Source: Candidatus Oxydemutatoraceae bacterium (GTDB lineage: Bacteria > Pseudomonadota > Gammaproteobacteria > Poriferisulfidales > Oxydemutatoraceae). Taken from it: a stretch of 64,000 nt of DNA. The first letter of the stretch is position 1. The number at the start of each line of letters is the position of its first letter. A program made the translations under genes and the position numbers. The stretch covers positions 1,644,769 to 1,708,768 of the forward strand of contig OZ244779.1 of assembly GCA_965219575.1 (NCBI GenBank), written 5' to 3'. The notes under the pieces are model-generated. The model was not told the origin of the DNA. It worked only from the letters and a program-made list of their open reading frames with translations, and did not search any database. Below, piece by piece: positions 13,101 to 28,200 of the stretch.

Positions 13101-16100
13101 ACATTCGCCACTTCTACATTACGCACCAACGAACTATCCAATACCTGCATCGCAATGCTACCGTCGGTAGCCTTCAGTGTCGGGTACTGCGCATCAGTGC
13201 CGAAATCCCAATCGTCGCTACTCCAATTCGCATAAATACCCATCGTTGGTGTCGTCCCTTGTAGCACTGCGGTGGTTTGACCACCGAATGCGGTGGTTTC
13301 ACCGACACCCGTAGAAGCCGATTGTTTATTGTTAAGGATATTATCCCAATAGCTGTTTGTAGCGGAGGCAGTGCCACGCACCCGCCCGATCAAACCCAAG
13401 ACACCCCCCGACTGGCGCGCTGCCGCATAGCTGTCGACGATATCGGCTTGCTCCATAAAGCCGACCAAACCACCGAAACCTTGAACAAATCCTGCAACAT
13501 TGAAAACTTCATTAATGCATCTTACATTCAATATCTTATTCATGTCGACCTGTGCATAGCTGTTCTCGATGGTGCTGATATTCTCTGCGCTATCGCGGTT
13601 TGCCGAGATATGCTCGCCGACCAAGCCACCGAGCCGACAATGCCCGCTTATCGCACCGGTCGCATAGCTGTTTTTAATCTTCGCACCACCCTCGTTCCTG
13701 CCGACCAAGCCACCTACGATGTCCCCGAAAGTACCGGTGCGAGGAGAAAACGAATAAATATAGACTTGTGCAAAGCTGTGACTAATCTCACCCCCGCTAT
13801 TGACACCGACCAGACCACCGAAGCGACTTTGCTTAAGCAAATCCTGACGGTAGCCGGAACCCACCAATGCGTTGATCTCTTTTACACCGACATCGTGTAT
13901 GCGGCCACGGTTCTCGCCCGCCAAGCCCCCTTGTTTCTCCGCTCTCCTCCTATTAAAATCACGCCCGATTACATCGTAAATACCGACATTGCTCAAGCGT
14001 AGTGCCTTAACTTCGGCATTCCGACCTAAGGTATGGAACAAGCCGAGTGCGTCTTTAGTTCTAGTGCCGCGCAAACTCAAGTTGCGAATTTGATATCCGC
14101 TACCGTCGAACACGGCAGCGAACGGGGTGTCTGCGTCTCCTATCGGATCCCAGTTATCCGACCACTCGGTATTCACCACACCCGAGCGGTAGCTTGCGGC
14201 ATCTCGGAAGTCCAAGTCTCGCGTCAACTCGTAGCCGAAGCAACCGGCGGTCGGAGTGGTCGGACACCCGTCAACGATAGGCAATAATCCATCGTCGGGT
14301 AGCGCATAGATGTAGGTACTGCCGTCCAGACTATGGCGTATCGCATACAAGTCGTCCACTGTCGTGATTTCTATCAAACCGTCGCCGTCGGCATCGGCTA
14401 ATATTCTATCGTCATCAAAGCTCGAATAATCTATCTCTAAAATATATTCAATGGTCGTGCCGGCACTTCCAACCGATACGATAATCGCGTCGTCAAAACC
14501 GGGATCGAGTACGATCGAGACACTCGCACCGTCGGCAACACCGAATTCATTCCCGCCATAAGCGATAGTAATCACCGCATCGTCGCTCGCAGCATGCGGT
14601 ATCAGACGCAACGAATCGGTCACCCCGATGTATGCATCGATACGATAGCGCGGTCTAGAGGTTGCAAATTGCGGCGACAACCGCACGCTTCCCAGAACTT
14701 GTAGGTCACTCAATCCGTAGTTCCGTATACTACCGCAAGTCGGCTGACCGCCACCACCGCACGCCGGGTTGTCGCCATCGTCGCCTCGTCCATAGCGCAG
14801 TTGTGGGTAGTGTTCGGAGGTGCCGAAATCCCATAGGTTTGTATCCCAATTCGCATAGATACCGGTCGCAGTGGTCGGTGTTAGCAGTGCGACCGTCGTT
14901 TGACCGATGCCGCTGCCGTTATCCGCCACGCCGGCGGTCTCTATGTTCCAGTAGCTATTACTCACGCCACCTAAATTATCACCGACCAAACCACCGGACT
15001 CGCGTACATCGCTCACTCGTCCGATGGCATAACTATTGACAATGCTTCGGGTACCGACATTGCCGTTGACCCCGACCAAACCACCGACCCGACCTTGTGC
15101 GGAAACATCACCGCTCGCATAGGTGTCCGACACCATACCGATATTCAAACCTGCCAAGCCGCCGACGCTGTTGTTGCCCGATACCTCGCCCAACGCATAG
15201 CTTGTCAAAACCGCCGCACCTACATCGTTGCGACCGACCAAACCGCCGACCGCGCCGATGCCCGATACCGCACCGCTCGCATAGCTGTTGACGATACGCC
15301 CGTCACCGTCGGAACCGATACTATTAGTCCCGACCAAACCGCCGACATTGCTCTCGCCCGATACGCTACCGATCGCATAACCGTTATAAACCTTGTCGGT
15401 GTTATAACCGACCAAACCACCGACATTATAACTTTCGCTATCGTCGCTACCCGATCCTACAACCGCAACTTCGGCAAAACTACGGTCAACCAAACCGTCG
15501 TTCTCACCGACCAAACCGCCGACAAAAGCCCTGCCCGTGACTTCGCCTATCGCACCGCTCGCAACGATAGAACCTCCCAAGTTGCGACCGACCACGCCAC
15601 CGATCAACTCGCTATATCCGTTTTCGGAATTATAACCGACGACTTCGATCGGATCGGCAAGAACATCCGATAAATGCCCAGTGTTATAACCGATAACACC
15701 GCCGACCTCACTTTCTCCGCCGACCTCACCGCGCACCGACACATGGTCGACGCGACCATCGCTATTGCCGGCCAATCCACCGACACCATCCCGGCCTCTG
15801 ACCGACACACCCGATAAAACGAGGTTGCGGATCTCGGCATCGCGATGCAGATGCGCAAACAACCCGACATTATCCGAGTTCGGTGTAGCGATGCGCAAAC
15901 CGGAAATCGTGTAGCCCGATGATCGATTACCTTCGAATATGCCGGCAAAACATCCGTTCTCGGGATTATCGCAATCGAGCGTTTTGAGCGTTCCGATAGG
16001 TTCCCAATCGGCAGCCGAAAGCTCTATACTCGCCGCCAATTCGTAGCCGATACAGCCGGTTGTAGGCGCACACCCGACGGTGATTCTCCGATCGGCAGCC

Positions 16101-19100
16101 GACGACCTATAGCCGCTACCGTCCGGTTGATAGCGCACCGCATCCAGTTCGGTTCGGTTGTGTATTTCTATCAAACCGTCGTCGTCCACATCCACATCGC
16201 CTATGCGCAGATACGGATGGCGCGACGCGGTGAAGGTATAGACTAGATCGCCGTTTCCGAGATCGATTCCGGTACTGCCCGAAGCGGCAACCGGAATACG
16301 CGACGATGCGCTGCCACTTCGGACGATTTCGGCAACACCGCCGTCTACCGATAATCCATACGCCGCTCCCACATAAGTCGGCGTGAGTTGGAATCCGGTC
16401 TCGTCGGCTTTCAATACCAAGCTGTAGTTGTATATCTGCGGATTAAACGACGGAATAAGCTCTAAAACTTCGCTCGAGAATACCAAATCGGTCAAACCGA
16501 TATACTGACCGCGTAGCAACTCGCCGCATACCGGCAACCGCGACGAGGTATCCGACGCGACACGGCAGGTCGGCGCACGACCGAGCGCATCGGTAGCAGT
16601 CGTGTATTTGAGCCTCGGGTATTGCATATTATTGCCCAAATCCCATATCTCGGCATTCCAGTTCGTGTAAATCGCGGTTGTCGTAGATTGAAGTTCAACG
16701 GTGGTTTGGCTGCTACCGTCGCGCCCATCGACAACACCGCTGGTATTTATATCCCAGTAGCTGTCGTTGACCGCAACCGGCACATTGGCGGCATTGAAGA
16801 CCAAACCGCTACTCCGAGCCGAGCGATTCGCACCGATGGCATAACTGTTGTCAATCCGCACGCCGGTGCCTAGCGAACCGACCAACCCCCCGCCTTCGCT
16901 CGCATCGATCATAGCGGTTGCATAACTGTTTGAGATCGTCGCGTTCTCAACCGCACCGACCAAGCCGCCGCCGGACGCGGAACGCGCAGATACCGTACCG
17001 GACGCACGGCTCTTGCCGATCGCACCGCGCAATAATCTACCGATTAAGCCACCGCCGCTCGCATCGACTTCAACCGAAACACTGCTATCGCTGTTGACGA
17101 TAGTGCCGCGATAAACGCCGATTAAACCGCCACCGTTGTTGTCGGCACGCACCGTACCGGTCGCACGGCTATTGATGATCTCACTGTTGTTTCGGTCTTC
17201 GCCGACCAAGATGCCGACATCGTTGTTACCGATAACCTCGGCAGCCGACACATTAACACCTCTAATCGTCGCAGCGGAAATCGCACCGAACAAACCGACA
17301 TCGTCGGTATTATGGCGACGGATCATCAAACCCGATATCGTATGGCCGTCGGCAATAAACTGTGCGGTGAACGGGGCATCGGCATCGCCGATAGGCTGCC
17401 AACCCTTGCCGCCAGTCCACAGTGGCATCGTACGCTGCGCATCCACATAGCTGTCGACCGAGTTGAAGTCCAGATCTCTGACCAGTTCGTAGCCGAAGCA
17501 ACCGCTGTCGGGGCAACCGCCGTCTATCTCGATCGTCGTCGCCCCTAATTGATAACTGAAACCACGACCGTCCAAACCGTATCGTATCGTGTCCAACTGC
17601 TCCAAAAACGCAATTTCTATCAAACCGTCGCCGTCGGCATCGAGGGTCAAGTCGCGGTCGTCATCGACAACGATGTTGTTGTCGGCATCCACAGTCAGAA
17701 TACCACGATAGCTTGCGAAAGGCAGACGTTCTACGACGATGCGATATTCAAATCGGTAGCGTTGCCCGCCGCGCACCATCACCGTGATTTCGGTGGCACC
17801 GTCGTTCAGCACCACCTCCGCAATACCGCTGTCTTGCAGTGTTATCGGCTGCACACCGTTATCGGCAGCGATTACAATATCCACGACGGCACCCGGCAAC
17901 GGATCGCTCGTCGTCGTATTCAAGCGCACTCGCTCGGTGTCGGAATACACGATCAACCGATAGTCGCTTCTATCTCTTATAAAGTTCGGCGACAACCGCG
18001 AACCGTCCAATGCCGAAAGCTGTATGTCTATGTTGTCTTGATAATCGGTCGACCTGAAATTGATCGTGTAGCTACGGGTCGTGGCATCGGTAGCCGAGCG
18101 CACCGCCAAGCGCAGCGCATCGGTATCGGTTCTGTTTAGGTCGATCTCGGCACTGCGGGTGTTGTCGGCAATCATTTGTTCGCTGTCTCCGGCTATCAGG
18201 GTGACGGTGTCGGCACGGTAATAGGCGGTCGGTGTGGTGTGGAATACGGTGATTGCCCCGTTAGTTATCAAGTTGTACGACTCCACTTCGGGGCTGAACT
18301 CCGGCACCAACCGTACACCGGCGGGTAATTCCAGTGCAATCAAGCCACGGCGGTTTTGATACGGCACCAAGGTGCCGCAATACGGTGGGTCTGTTCTGTC
18401 CCTAAGCAAACGGTCGCGACAAATAACCGCACGGTCGGCTCCCGACAATGTTTCTGAAACCAGCGTATCACAGCTTTGCAGTTGTGCCGCAGTCGGCTGT
18501 GTACACAAACCGGCACCGTGATACAGCACCGTCGGGTATTGGTCGGCATTGCCGAAATGCCATCGCTCGGTGTCCCATCCGGTATAAACATTATCGGTAC
18601 TATTCTCTTCTCTATCGGCGAGTTGCAGTGCTATCGTCGTTCTAGCGGCACCGGCGGCACCGGTGGCTCCGGGTGCGGCGGTATCCCGATCCCAGTAACT
18701 GTTTTCGACTTCGGGACTACCCGAAGCGGCGCGCACCAAAGGCCCGCCGGTTGCATAGCTATTATTAACGGCACCCCCGTTTGTATCGATTAGACCGGCA
18801 CCGGTGCTATCGGAAATAATACGCTGCGCATAACTATTATCTACATTGCCGTTGCCGTTATTTGTTAACAATAAACCCGCTGCAATATTTTCGGAACCTC
18901 TACTTCTAATAGGGATCGTTGCAAAACTACCGAGAATAGCACCGTTATTGGTATGTACCAAACCTGCGGCAACACTTCGATTATCTATCGTGCCGCCGAC
19001 CGCACCGCTATTGATAATGCGACCGAAGTTTTGATAAACCAAAGTACTGCCACCCAACTCGTTTCGCAAAAGGATAGTGGCATTTTCGATGCGACTATTG

Positions 19101-19292
19101 AAGATCGTGCCGTAGTTGCGTACTGCCAAAGCAGCGATTGCACTTGTCGCTCTACGACTACGGATAGAGGCATCTTTGAGGTGTATATCCTCCAGCCTCG
19201 CATTCGCACCCAAATAAGCAAACATAGCGACATCGATAAGAGTTGGGTTGCTTATAGTCAGGTTGGATATCGCATAGCCGTTGCCTTTGAAA
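1..19292. repeat. Long diverged direct repeat, copy 1 (paralogous to 44685-64000; offset ~44.7 kb)
   Basis: 1 tcaccctataagtctg..ctgtgcggtcacatctacgg matches 44685 tcacggtataagtctg..ctgtgcggtcacatctacgg. catagccgttgcctttgaaa ends at 19292 and at 64000. Many shadow ORFs in the track are duplicated at the same offset. Confidence 0.97.
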
Positions 19293-22200
19293 TGCGCATT
19301 GAAGCGCGCATCATTGCGACCGATGGGCTGCCAATTTATCCCTGCCAAGTCTATATCGGCTGTCAACTCATAACCGCGACAGCCGACACGGCAATAAATC
19401 CTAGTACTATTACCGGTGCTACCTGCCCTATAAAAATTACCGTCCAAACTATGACGCATCGCATCCAACTGTTCGGGGGTGGCAACATCTATCAAACCGT
19501 CGTTGTCGCCGTCTATTGCGGCAAAGTCTATCCGCTCGTTCAGACGCGAGATGTTGAAGCGGTAACGATACGATTTGCGATCCTCGCCCTCTTCTACGAC
19601 CACATCCAATAGCGTATCACCGCCGGTGTCCAATGCAATCGGTGGTGTCGCAACGCCGCTTTTTACTCTGAGCACTTCGGCAGCGGTGGTTGTTTTATAG
19701 ACCACAATATCGGCATTCGGAGCAAACGCCTCGGCAACAAAGCGCAGACTTTGTTGGTCGGCAGCGACCACAATCTCGTAATCGTTGAATGTCGCAAAGT
19801 CAAAAGGTCGGCTGAGACCGGCATTGCCGAGTAGCTCAAAACGCGCCATCAAGCTCCCTTGATACGGGAGTATCTTGCCGCACAACGGGTTGTCGTGTCG
19901 TGCGCGTTGACATTCATCGGAATTATACTTGATCACCGGAGATTGACCGGCACCACCGAAATCCCAATCGTCGGCATCCCAGTTCGCAAAAATACCGGTC
20001 ATCGTCGTTGCCCGCAACTCGGCACCGCTTCTCGCTCGACTTGCCGGCACATCAACCCTCGCAATGTCGCGATCAAAATAGCTGTTCGTTATACGCGCTA
20101 GGCCATTACTCAAGTTTCCTTGCGCCACGCCCGCTCTAGTCATCAGCATAGAGGCATAGCTATTGCCGATGTTCAAACTTCGTGTAGAGTCCACTCCTAA
20201 CATCGCGGTATCTATAAATTCATTTTCGATCGCGGTTTCGATTCTTCCGATCGCACGGCTGTTTCCGAGTGAATCGGAAGAGAAACCTGCACTAGCAGTC
20301 ACCAGTCCATTTGCACTAACGATAACATTATCTCGTCTGTTATTTCCCAGTAATCTCAGCGTGCCGATAAAGTAGCTGTTACTTACCGAATACCCCACTG
20401 CTCGATAGGTAAGACCGGATATATTTGCCGATCCTGCGCCTCTTATATCGCCGATCACATAACTATTGCGGATTGTGCCGCGGTTGTCTCTTTGGTTGAC
20501 GAATACGCCAACTAGTCCCGCTAGCTCTACGCTATGTGGGTTGGCAGCATTATCGGCACTGATATCCACATTGACTAAACCCAAGCCGTCTATATCGGTG
20601 CCGAAGGCTAGATGGAAAAATGCATCATTTCTGTCTGTATTGCCGGTCACTTTCAGATTGGATATCTCATAGCCGTTGCCTTTGAATACGGCATTAGATA
20701 AGTTAGGCGAATCCCAGCCTTGCCCGGTCCAGCGGCGCATAACACCGTTTCGAGCCGGGTCTCGGTAGCTGTTCGGGTCGTTGAAATCCAAGTCCCGCAT
20801 CAACTCGTAGCCACGGCATACACCATTCGGACAGCCTAGGGTATTGAGTTCACCTCCTATTCTATAACCTATCTCTCTTTGGAAATTAGAATGTACCATT
20901 GCCACATCTTCCAGATAATGAAGGTCTACCAAACCATCGTTGTCGGCATCTATCGATGTCTCGGGTCGGTAATCCAAATAGACCGTATAACGCACCGTCT
21001 CGGTGCCGTGAACCACGATGACGACTTCGGTGGTGCCGCCGGCGGTCAGCGCAATCTCGCCACTGGGATTACCGCCGGCAATTTCGGTGTTCTCGAGTGT
21101 TCGGACACCGCCGATATAAACGCTATAAGTGGCACCTGCTTCGCGTGTCGTGGCAACCAGTTGCACGCGCGGCGTATCGTTTAGCACCGTGGTGTAATAA
21201 GCACCATCGATATCCGATAATGCGTCGTCGAAGGGTACGGTGAGTTGTGCGTAGCGAGCGGTGAGTGCGCTCAAGCCGTAGCGTGTTTTGGAGGCAATCA
21301 GGGTGTCGCACAGCGGAAGTCGCGACGGGGTGTCCTCGGCACTACGACACGCCGGGCTATCCAGCACATCGGTCGCTGCGGTATATTTGAGAAGCGGGTA
21401 TTGCATCGCAGTGCCGAAATCCCAGTCGGCAGGACTCCAACGGTAATAAATCTGACCCGAGTTTCTACCGGCTTCGGTCGGTGCGCGCAGCTGTCGCATC
21501 GTTCTGCCTTGGAATACTCGCGCGGGAGCGGGTAAATCTTGTGTAACAGTATCTGAATTGTAATAATTCGCTCTGCTAATATTAATCCGTACTAGATCCG
21601 ATATAAAACCGGCATAAGCGAGGCTCGACGGCCCGATTGAATAATTGGCATTTATCGATAAGTTATTGTTCTCAATGAATAACGCACCAAAAAATCCGCC
21701 GTTGGCATTGCTTCTTAAGTTAGTACTAAATGGCCCACCACTCACATCGACCCATGCATAGTTGTTGCCGATGTTAGATGTACCTCCCGCCCTACCGACA
21801 AACCCTCCGATGTTGTCCGCCGAACCAATTCCTGTAACCGAACCGACCGCAAAACTGTTCAATATCGTGCAACCGTCGCATCTACCGAGCATGCCACCGG
21901 CATTTATTCCGGTTGCCGATAACCGAATACCGCTACGGCTATTGACGATAACGCCGGTGCCGGCAGCAACCCCGGCGATGCCGCCGACATCACCGACACC
22001 GGACACCGCTCCGGTCGCATAACTGTTGACAATTTTACCGCGAACGGTGCCGGCGATACCACCGAGCTGCGAGCCGGCTTCCACCATCAGATTCGGCAAA
22101 CCCAGATTGCGTACGACACCGCTACTGTCGATCACGCCGAATAAGCCTTGATTATTTTGACTGCTTCGGTTGATCTGTAGACGCGCGATTGCGTAGCCGT

Positions 22201-25200
22201 TGCCGTCGAAGGTGCCGGTGAACGGGGTTGTTGTATCACCTATCGGCAGCCAGCCGGTATCGGTCGCATCGGTGAAGTCCACGACCCAATCGTTGTTTAT
22301 TTCACCCGAGAGGTAGCTGTTCGGGTCGTTGAAATCAAGGTCGCGCATCAATTCGTATCGACCCGCTAGAGTGGAGGTGCTGGCAGCGATGGCATGAAAG
22401 TGATCCAAATAATAGATTTCGGTGAACCCGTTTCTGTTGCGATCCGCAAGCATAGGATCGTTTTGGTGGCGTATATAAAGCGGATAGTATGCCGGCGGTT
22501 TGCCTTCTATTTCCAGTATAATGTGGTTGATGCCGTCGTCTAAAAAGATCGGGTTGCTCGTGCCACCACCGATAATCGTCTGAAAGGGATCGCGTTTGAC
22601 GAAATTAAGGTGAATGTTGATCTTTGTATTATCGTCTCTCGCAGTCGCTACGATGCGGATCGGGTTGCGGTAGACTTCACCGAAATAGTCGGCGGAACCC
22701 TCGGCAAAAGACGGATTCAATATTCCCGATGCCAAACGCAAATCTTGCAAGCCGTTGCGGATTTGGGGGGCAATCAAATCACCGCACACCGGCAATCGCG
22801 ACACCGCATTGCGGTCGAGGCGGCACGCCGGGTTGCCGAATATATCCGGTTCGGCGGTGTACTTGAGTATCGGATACTCATCGGTGTCACCGAAATCCCA
22901 ATCGTCGGCACGCCAATTCATGTAGATACCGGTCGGACCGGTCGGCATTTGCAACTGCACCGTCGTTCGACTGGTGCCGCCGGCACTTGTATTTAGCCCA
23001 CCGGTTTCGCTGTTCCAGTAGCTCGCATCGGTATTGGTTCCGACCCTGTTATTGGCGGCAACTAGACCACCGAGGGTGCCGGAACCCGTTACACCCGATA
23101 GCGTATAGCTATTACGAGTCCCTATCTCAATCGATTGAGTTCCCGAAATAGAACCGACTAAACCACCGCCGTTATTTACATCGGCATGAACCGATCCCGT
23201 CGCATAACCATTGACGACCAAACCGTTTACGAGAATATCCCCTATCAATCCGCCGACATTGTCGTCGGCTCGGATATTCACGCCGGCATAACTATTGTAA
23301 ATTTCCGTACTAAAAGCACCTGTGCCTCTTAAGCTACGACCGACAAGCCCTCCTGCATAACGAATGTTGCCGACAATACTGCCGTAAGCGCGGCTGTTAA
23401 TAATCATACCACTGGAGGCAAACCCGACTAATCCGCCATAGTTGTTCGCTCTACTACCGGGGAGTGCTTCTATATGAATCGCTGCATAGCTATTGAGGAT
23501 TTCGGCATTGTTCGACGGATTGGTTAAGCCGACTAATCCGCCGACATTGTTGCCCGTTGCGGTTATCTCGCCGATCGCATAACTACCGATAATCTCTCCT
23601 TCTAAAATACCTGCCACTGCGCCGGTCGTGCCACCGGTATCTATTTTTACACTCAACAGACCGAGATCGCGTACGACACCGCTATTTCCGATTACACCGA
23701 ATAAACCTTGATTATTTCCGCTATCTCGGTTGATTTGTAGATTGGATATCGTATAGCCGTTGCCGTCGAAGGTGCCGGAGAATCGGTTAGTATTATTGCC
23801 TATAGGTTGCCAACCGAAATCGTCGTCGTCGTTAAAATCGTCCACCGTCCATTCGCGATTTATACGACCCAAGCGGTAGCTGGTCGGGTCGTCAAAATCC
23901 AGATTACGCATCAACTTATAATGACCGCTCGGGTTATTGCGTATTCGATCGACGCCCTCTAAATCGTGTATTTCGGTAGATTCGTTATAGCGTATATAAA
24001 GCGGATAGCGAACCGTCGAGTTGCCTTTTATTTCCAGTACGATACGGTTGACACCCTCGGCTAAGGTGATCCGACTACTGGTCGTACCGCTGATAACGGT
24101 CTGGTCGGGACGGCTTTTACCTTTGACAGTGCCCAAATAGATATTGATCATTGCATTATCTTCTTTTGCAGTCGCTACGATACGAATAGGGTTCGGGTTG
24201 CTACGTCCCGGGTCGGTGGCAACGACACGACCGGAATAATTGCCGTTCAGACTTCTATGGGTGTCGCCGAAGGGCGGATATAATTCGTCGCCGTCGGCTA
24301 ATGTTAAATCTTCGAGACCGTTACGGATTTGAGGTGCGATCACATCGCCGCAGTCGGGCAAACCGTTGCCGTCGCAAGTCCGCATCCCGTCGGCAACGGG
24401 ATTGGGGGCATATTTGAGTATCGGGTATTGCATGTCATTGCCGAAATGCCAGTTGTCCTCGCTCCAGTTGTGATAAATCTGGGTTGAATTCGTTCCCTTT
24501 GCAATCGCCGATTGCAGTTCCCGGGTACTCCTGCCGCTTACGCCCACCCTCGAATCGCCGAGACGAGACTGTCCTTCGGCAGTATCGCTGTTCCAATAAT
24601 TCGGTGCACTTACCGAAGGTCTATTAAAACCGGATAATCTATCGTAAAAACTTCCGTTGGTTCGTCCGATGGAATAATTGGCGGTTAAGGTTGCAGTACT
24701 GTTGAGACCGAGCACTCCGACAAATCCACCGTTAGCGTATCCCGAAGGGTTAAGTGCTTGCCTTATGTTGCTTTGTGCATAGTTGTTTGCAATGTTAAAT
24801 GTGTGTTGCGCGCTACCGACTAAGCCGCCGGTCGGTAGGCTAAGACTCCCGGTATTGACGATCGCACCGATTGCAAAACTATTTTGTATGTTACAGCCGT
24901 TGCAGTTGCCGACCAAGCCGCCCAGATTAGATTGATTTGTCGACACCGCAACATCGCTATAGCTGTTGACGACGGTGCCGAGACTATCGCCGACCAAACC
25001 ACCGATATCATTGAAATACCCGTTCACCGTTCCGATAACATAGCTGTTGGCAATCAAACCCGAGTCGGTATTGGTACCGACCAAACCACCGATATTGTTG
25101 GCATAGCCGGCAATCTCGCCGGTCGCATAGTTGCCGATGGCAACACCGGCGTTGTAGCCGATCAAAGCTCCGACATGACTATAGATTGCACCCGAAGTAT

Positions 25201-28200
25201 CGATGCGTCCTACCTTCACATCCAGCAAGCCGAGGTCGCGTATCACGCCGTCTTTGCCAACCGTGCCGAACAGCCCTTGGCGGTCGGTTGTGCGGTTGAT
25301 TTGCAAACCGGATATCGTATAGCCGTTACCGTTAAATTGTCCGGTAAATGTTGTATTGCGCTCGCCTATAGGAAGCCAGCCGGTATCGCTCGCATCGTTA
25401 AAGTCTTCCACCGTCCATTCACGGTTTATCCGATTTCCGGCATAGCTGTCCGGGTCGTTGAAGTTCAGGTGTCGAGTCAATTCGTAGTTGCCCGCCGGTC
25501 GGGTCGCTATAAACCGAAGTTTGTCCAGATTATCGATCTCGGCAAAGCCGTTGCCGTCGCGATCCGACGGCGTGTCATCCTCTTGAAAACTTATAAAGAG
25601 CGAATACCGTAGCGGCGGTGTTGCGACGATTTCCAGAACGATGCGGTTGATATCGTCTTGATCCAATACGATCGGCATGCCGGTCATACCACTGACGACA
25701 CTCTGGTCGGGCGTGCCGTCGACGGCACCGAGATAGATATTGATAACGGCATCGTCTTGCATTGCGGTCGGGATCAAGGCGATGGTATCCATGCCGACCG
25801 TACCGAGATAACGGCTATTGCTTGCGGTGAAAGCCGGTACCAATTCGCCCGATGCCAATTCCAAGCTCTTCAAACCGTTGCGAATTTGCGGTGCTATCAG
25901 ATCGCCGCAGTTCGGCAGACCGCTGCCGTCGCAAACCGTAACGGCAGCTATAGATGCGTATTTTAATATCGGGTATTGCTCGGTCGTGCCGAAATCCCAG
26001 TCGGCAGGACTCCAGCTCGCATAGATGCCGGCGTCGGCAGTTTGATTGGTCGGTGCTTGCAGTTGTGTTGTCGTTCGACTGCTACCGGAAGCACTTGTGT
26101 TCAGTCCACTGGTCTGCCCATCCCAGTAGCTGTTGCCAGCGGTGCCCGATCCGGTCCCTATCAAACCCCCGATTGCAGACCCGCCGGCGGATACGCGACC
26201 GGTTGCATAGCTATTTCTTATCGTGTTCGCACCCGACGCATTACCGACCAAACCGCCGACAGCGGACGCATCGCCGGCAGCAATCGCACCCGTCGCATAG
26301 CTGTTTCTAATGACGGTAGTGGTGAATTTTCGACCGACCAAGCCGCCTATATTTTGATTGGTCGCGGCATCTATCACATCGATACGACCGGTCGCATAGC
26401 TATTTCTAATTTCACTATTTGCGTGTGAACCGACCAAACCACCGATATTCCACTCACCCGAAACATTACCGCTCGCATGACTGTTGACGATATCGGCACG
26501 ACCGGTGCCGACTAATCCTCCGACCCCTTGTCGACCTACAACATTAACGGCTGCATCGCTGTTGGCAATCGAACCCCTATCATGAGTACCGACCAAACCG
26601 CCGACAACATTGTTGGTTGCGGAGATGTCACCGCTTGCATAGCTACCGATGATGGTACCTTGATTGCCACCGACCAGTGCACCGATAATATCGGAACCTT
26701 CTATTTTTACACCGACCAAATCGAGATGGCGCACCACAGCACCGGGACCGGTAGCACCGAACAAGCCTCGATAAATAGCATTGTCTCGGTTGATTTGTAG
26801 ATTGGCTATCGTATAGCCGTTGCCGTCGAAGCGACCGCTGTATCGGTCGGTAATATTACCTATGGACTCCCAACCGAGAGCGTCGTCATCGTCAAAATCA
26901 TCCACCGTCCAATCGCCGTTGACCGTGCCCGAGAGATAACTGTCGGCATCGTTGAAGTCCAGATCGCGCATCAATTCGTAGTTGCCCGCTAAAGTGGAAG
27001 TACTAGTACCGACGGCATGAAGGTGATCCAGATAATAGAGCTCGACGAACCCGTTGCCGTCTCGGTCCGCCAACACACGATCACCTATATAGTTTATATA
27101 GAGCGGGTATTGAACGCGCGTCGTGCCGCTGGTGATCTCTAGGACGATGCGGTTGACACCTTCGTCTCGATCCAATACGATCGGCATGCCGGTCATACCA
27201 CTGACGATACTTTGGTCGGGCGTGCCGTCGACGCTGCCGAGATAGATATTGATAACGGCACCGTCGTGCATTGCGGTCGGGATCAAGGCGATGGTATCGA
27301 GGGTTGCTTCGCCTCGATAGTTGCTACTGCCGGCACTGAAAGCCGGTATCAGTGTCCCCGATGCCAATTCCAGATTCCTCAAGCCGTTGCGAATTTGCGG
27401 TGATATTAGATCGCCGCAGTTCGGCAAGCCGTTGCCGTCGCAAACCGTAATGGTATCGGTGGATGCGTATTTTAATATCGGATATTGCTCGGCAGTGCCG
27501 AAATCCCAATCGGCACTACTCCAGTTGTAATAAACATCGGTCGGTGTAGTTCCCGGCGTAATCGGCAATTGCATCTGTTCGGTGTTAAAACCGAGACCTC
27601 GCTCGTCGTTAAAACTTGTACCACTGGCTTGTATATCCCAGTAACTGTTTTGGACACGACCATCGGTGTTATTAAACCTGTTTCCCAAGAAACCACCTAT
27701 ATTTACTCCGCTATCCGGTACACTACCGATAGAATAACTATCGGCAACTAATCCGCTTGCTACATTTTGCCACAGAGTACCGATGAAACCACCGACCGAT
27801 TCTTGGCCGATAACCGAACCGGTCGCATAGCTATTTCTAATGACGGTATTACCTACTTTATCGCCTACAAAACCACCTACCGACCTCAAGGTACGACCCA
27901 TGACATTACCGGTCGCATAGCTATTTCTGATTTCTCCGTCCCTATGTACGCCGACGAAACCACCGCAAAAGCCATCTGCAGAAACGCTGCCGGTCGCATA
28001 ACTATTGATGATCAAATTGGGGATTCCATCGAAAAAACCGGAAGCACCGGCCAATCCCCCGACATTAACATTTCCGGTGACATCGACGGCAGCGTAGCTG
28101 TTGATAATCCAACCCGATCTCAAATGTCCGCCGACCAAACCGCCGACAATATCGGTTCCGGTGACTTTGCCGGTTGCATAACTGCCGATGATGGTGCCTC

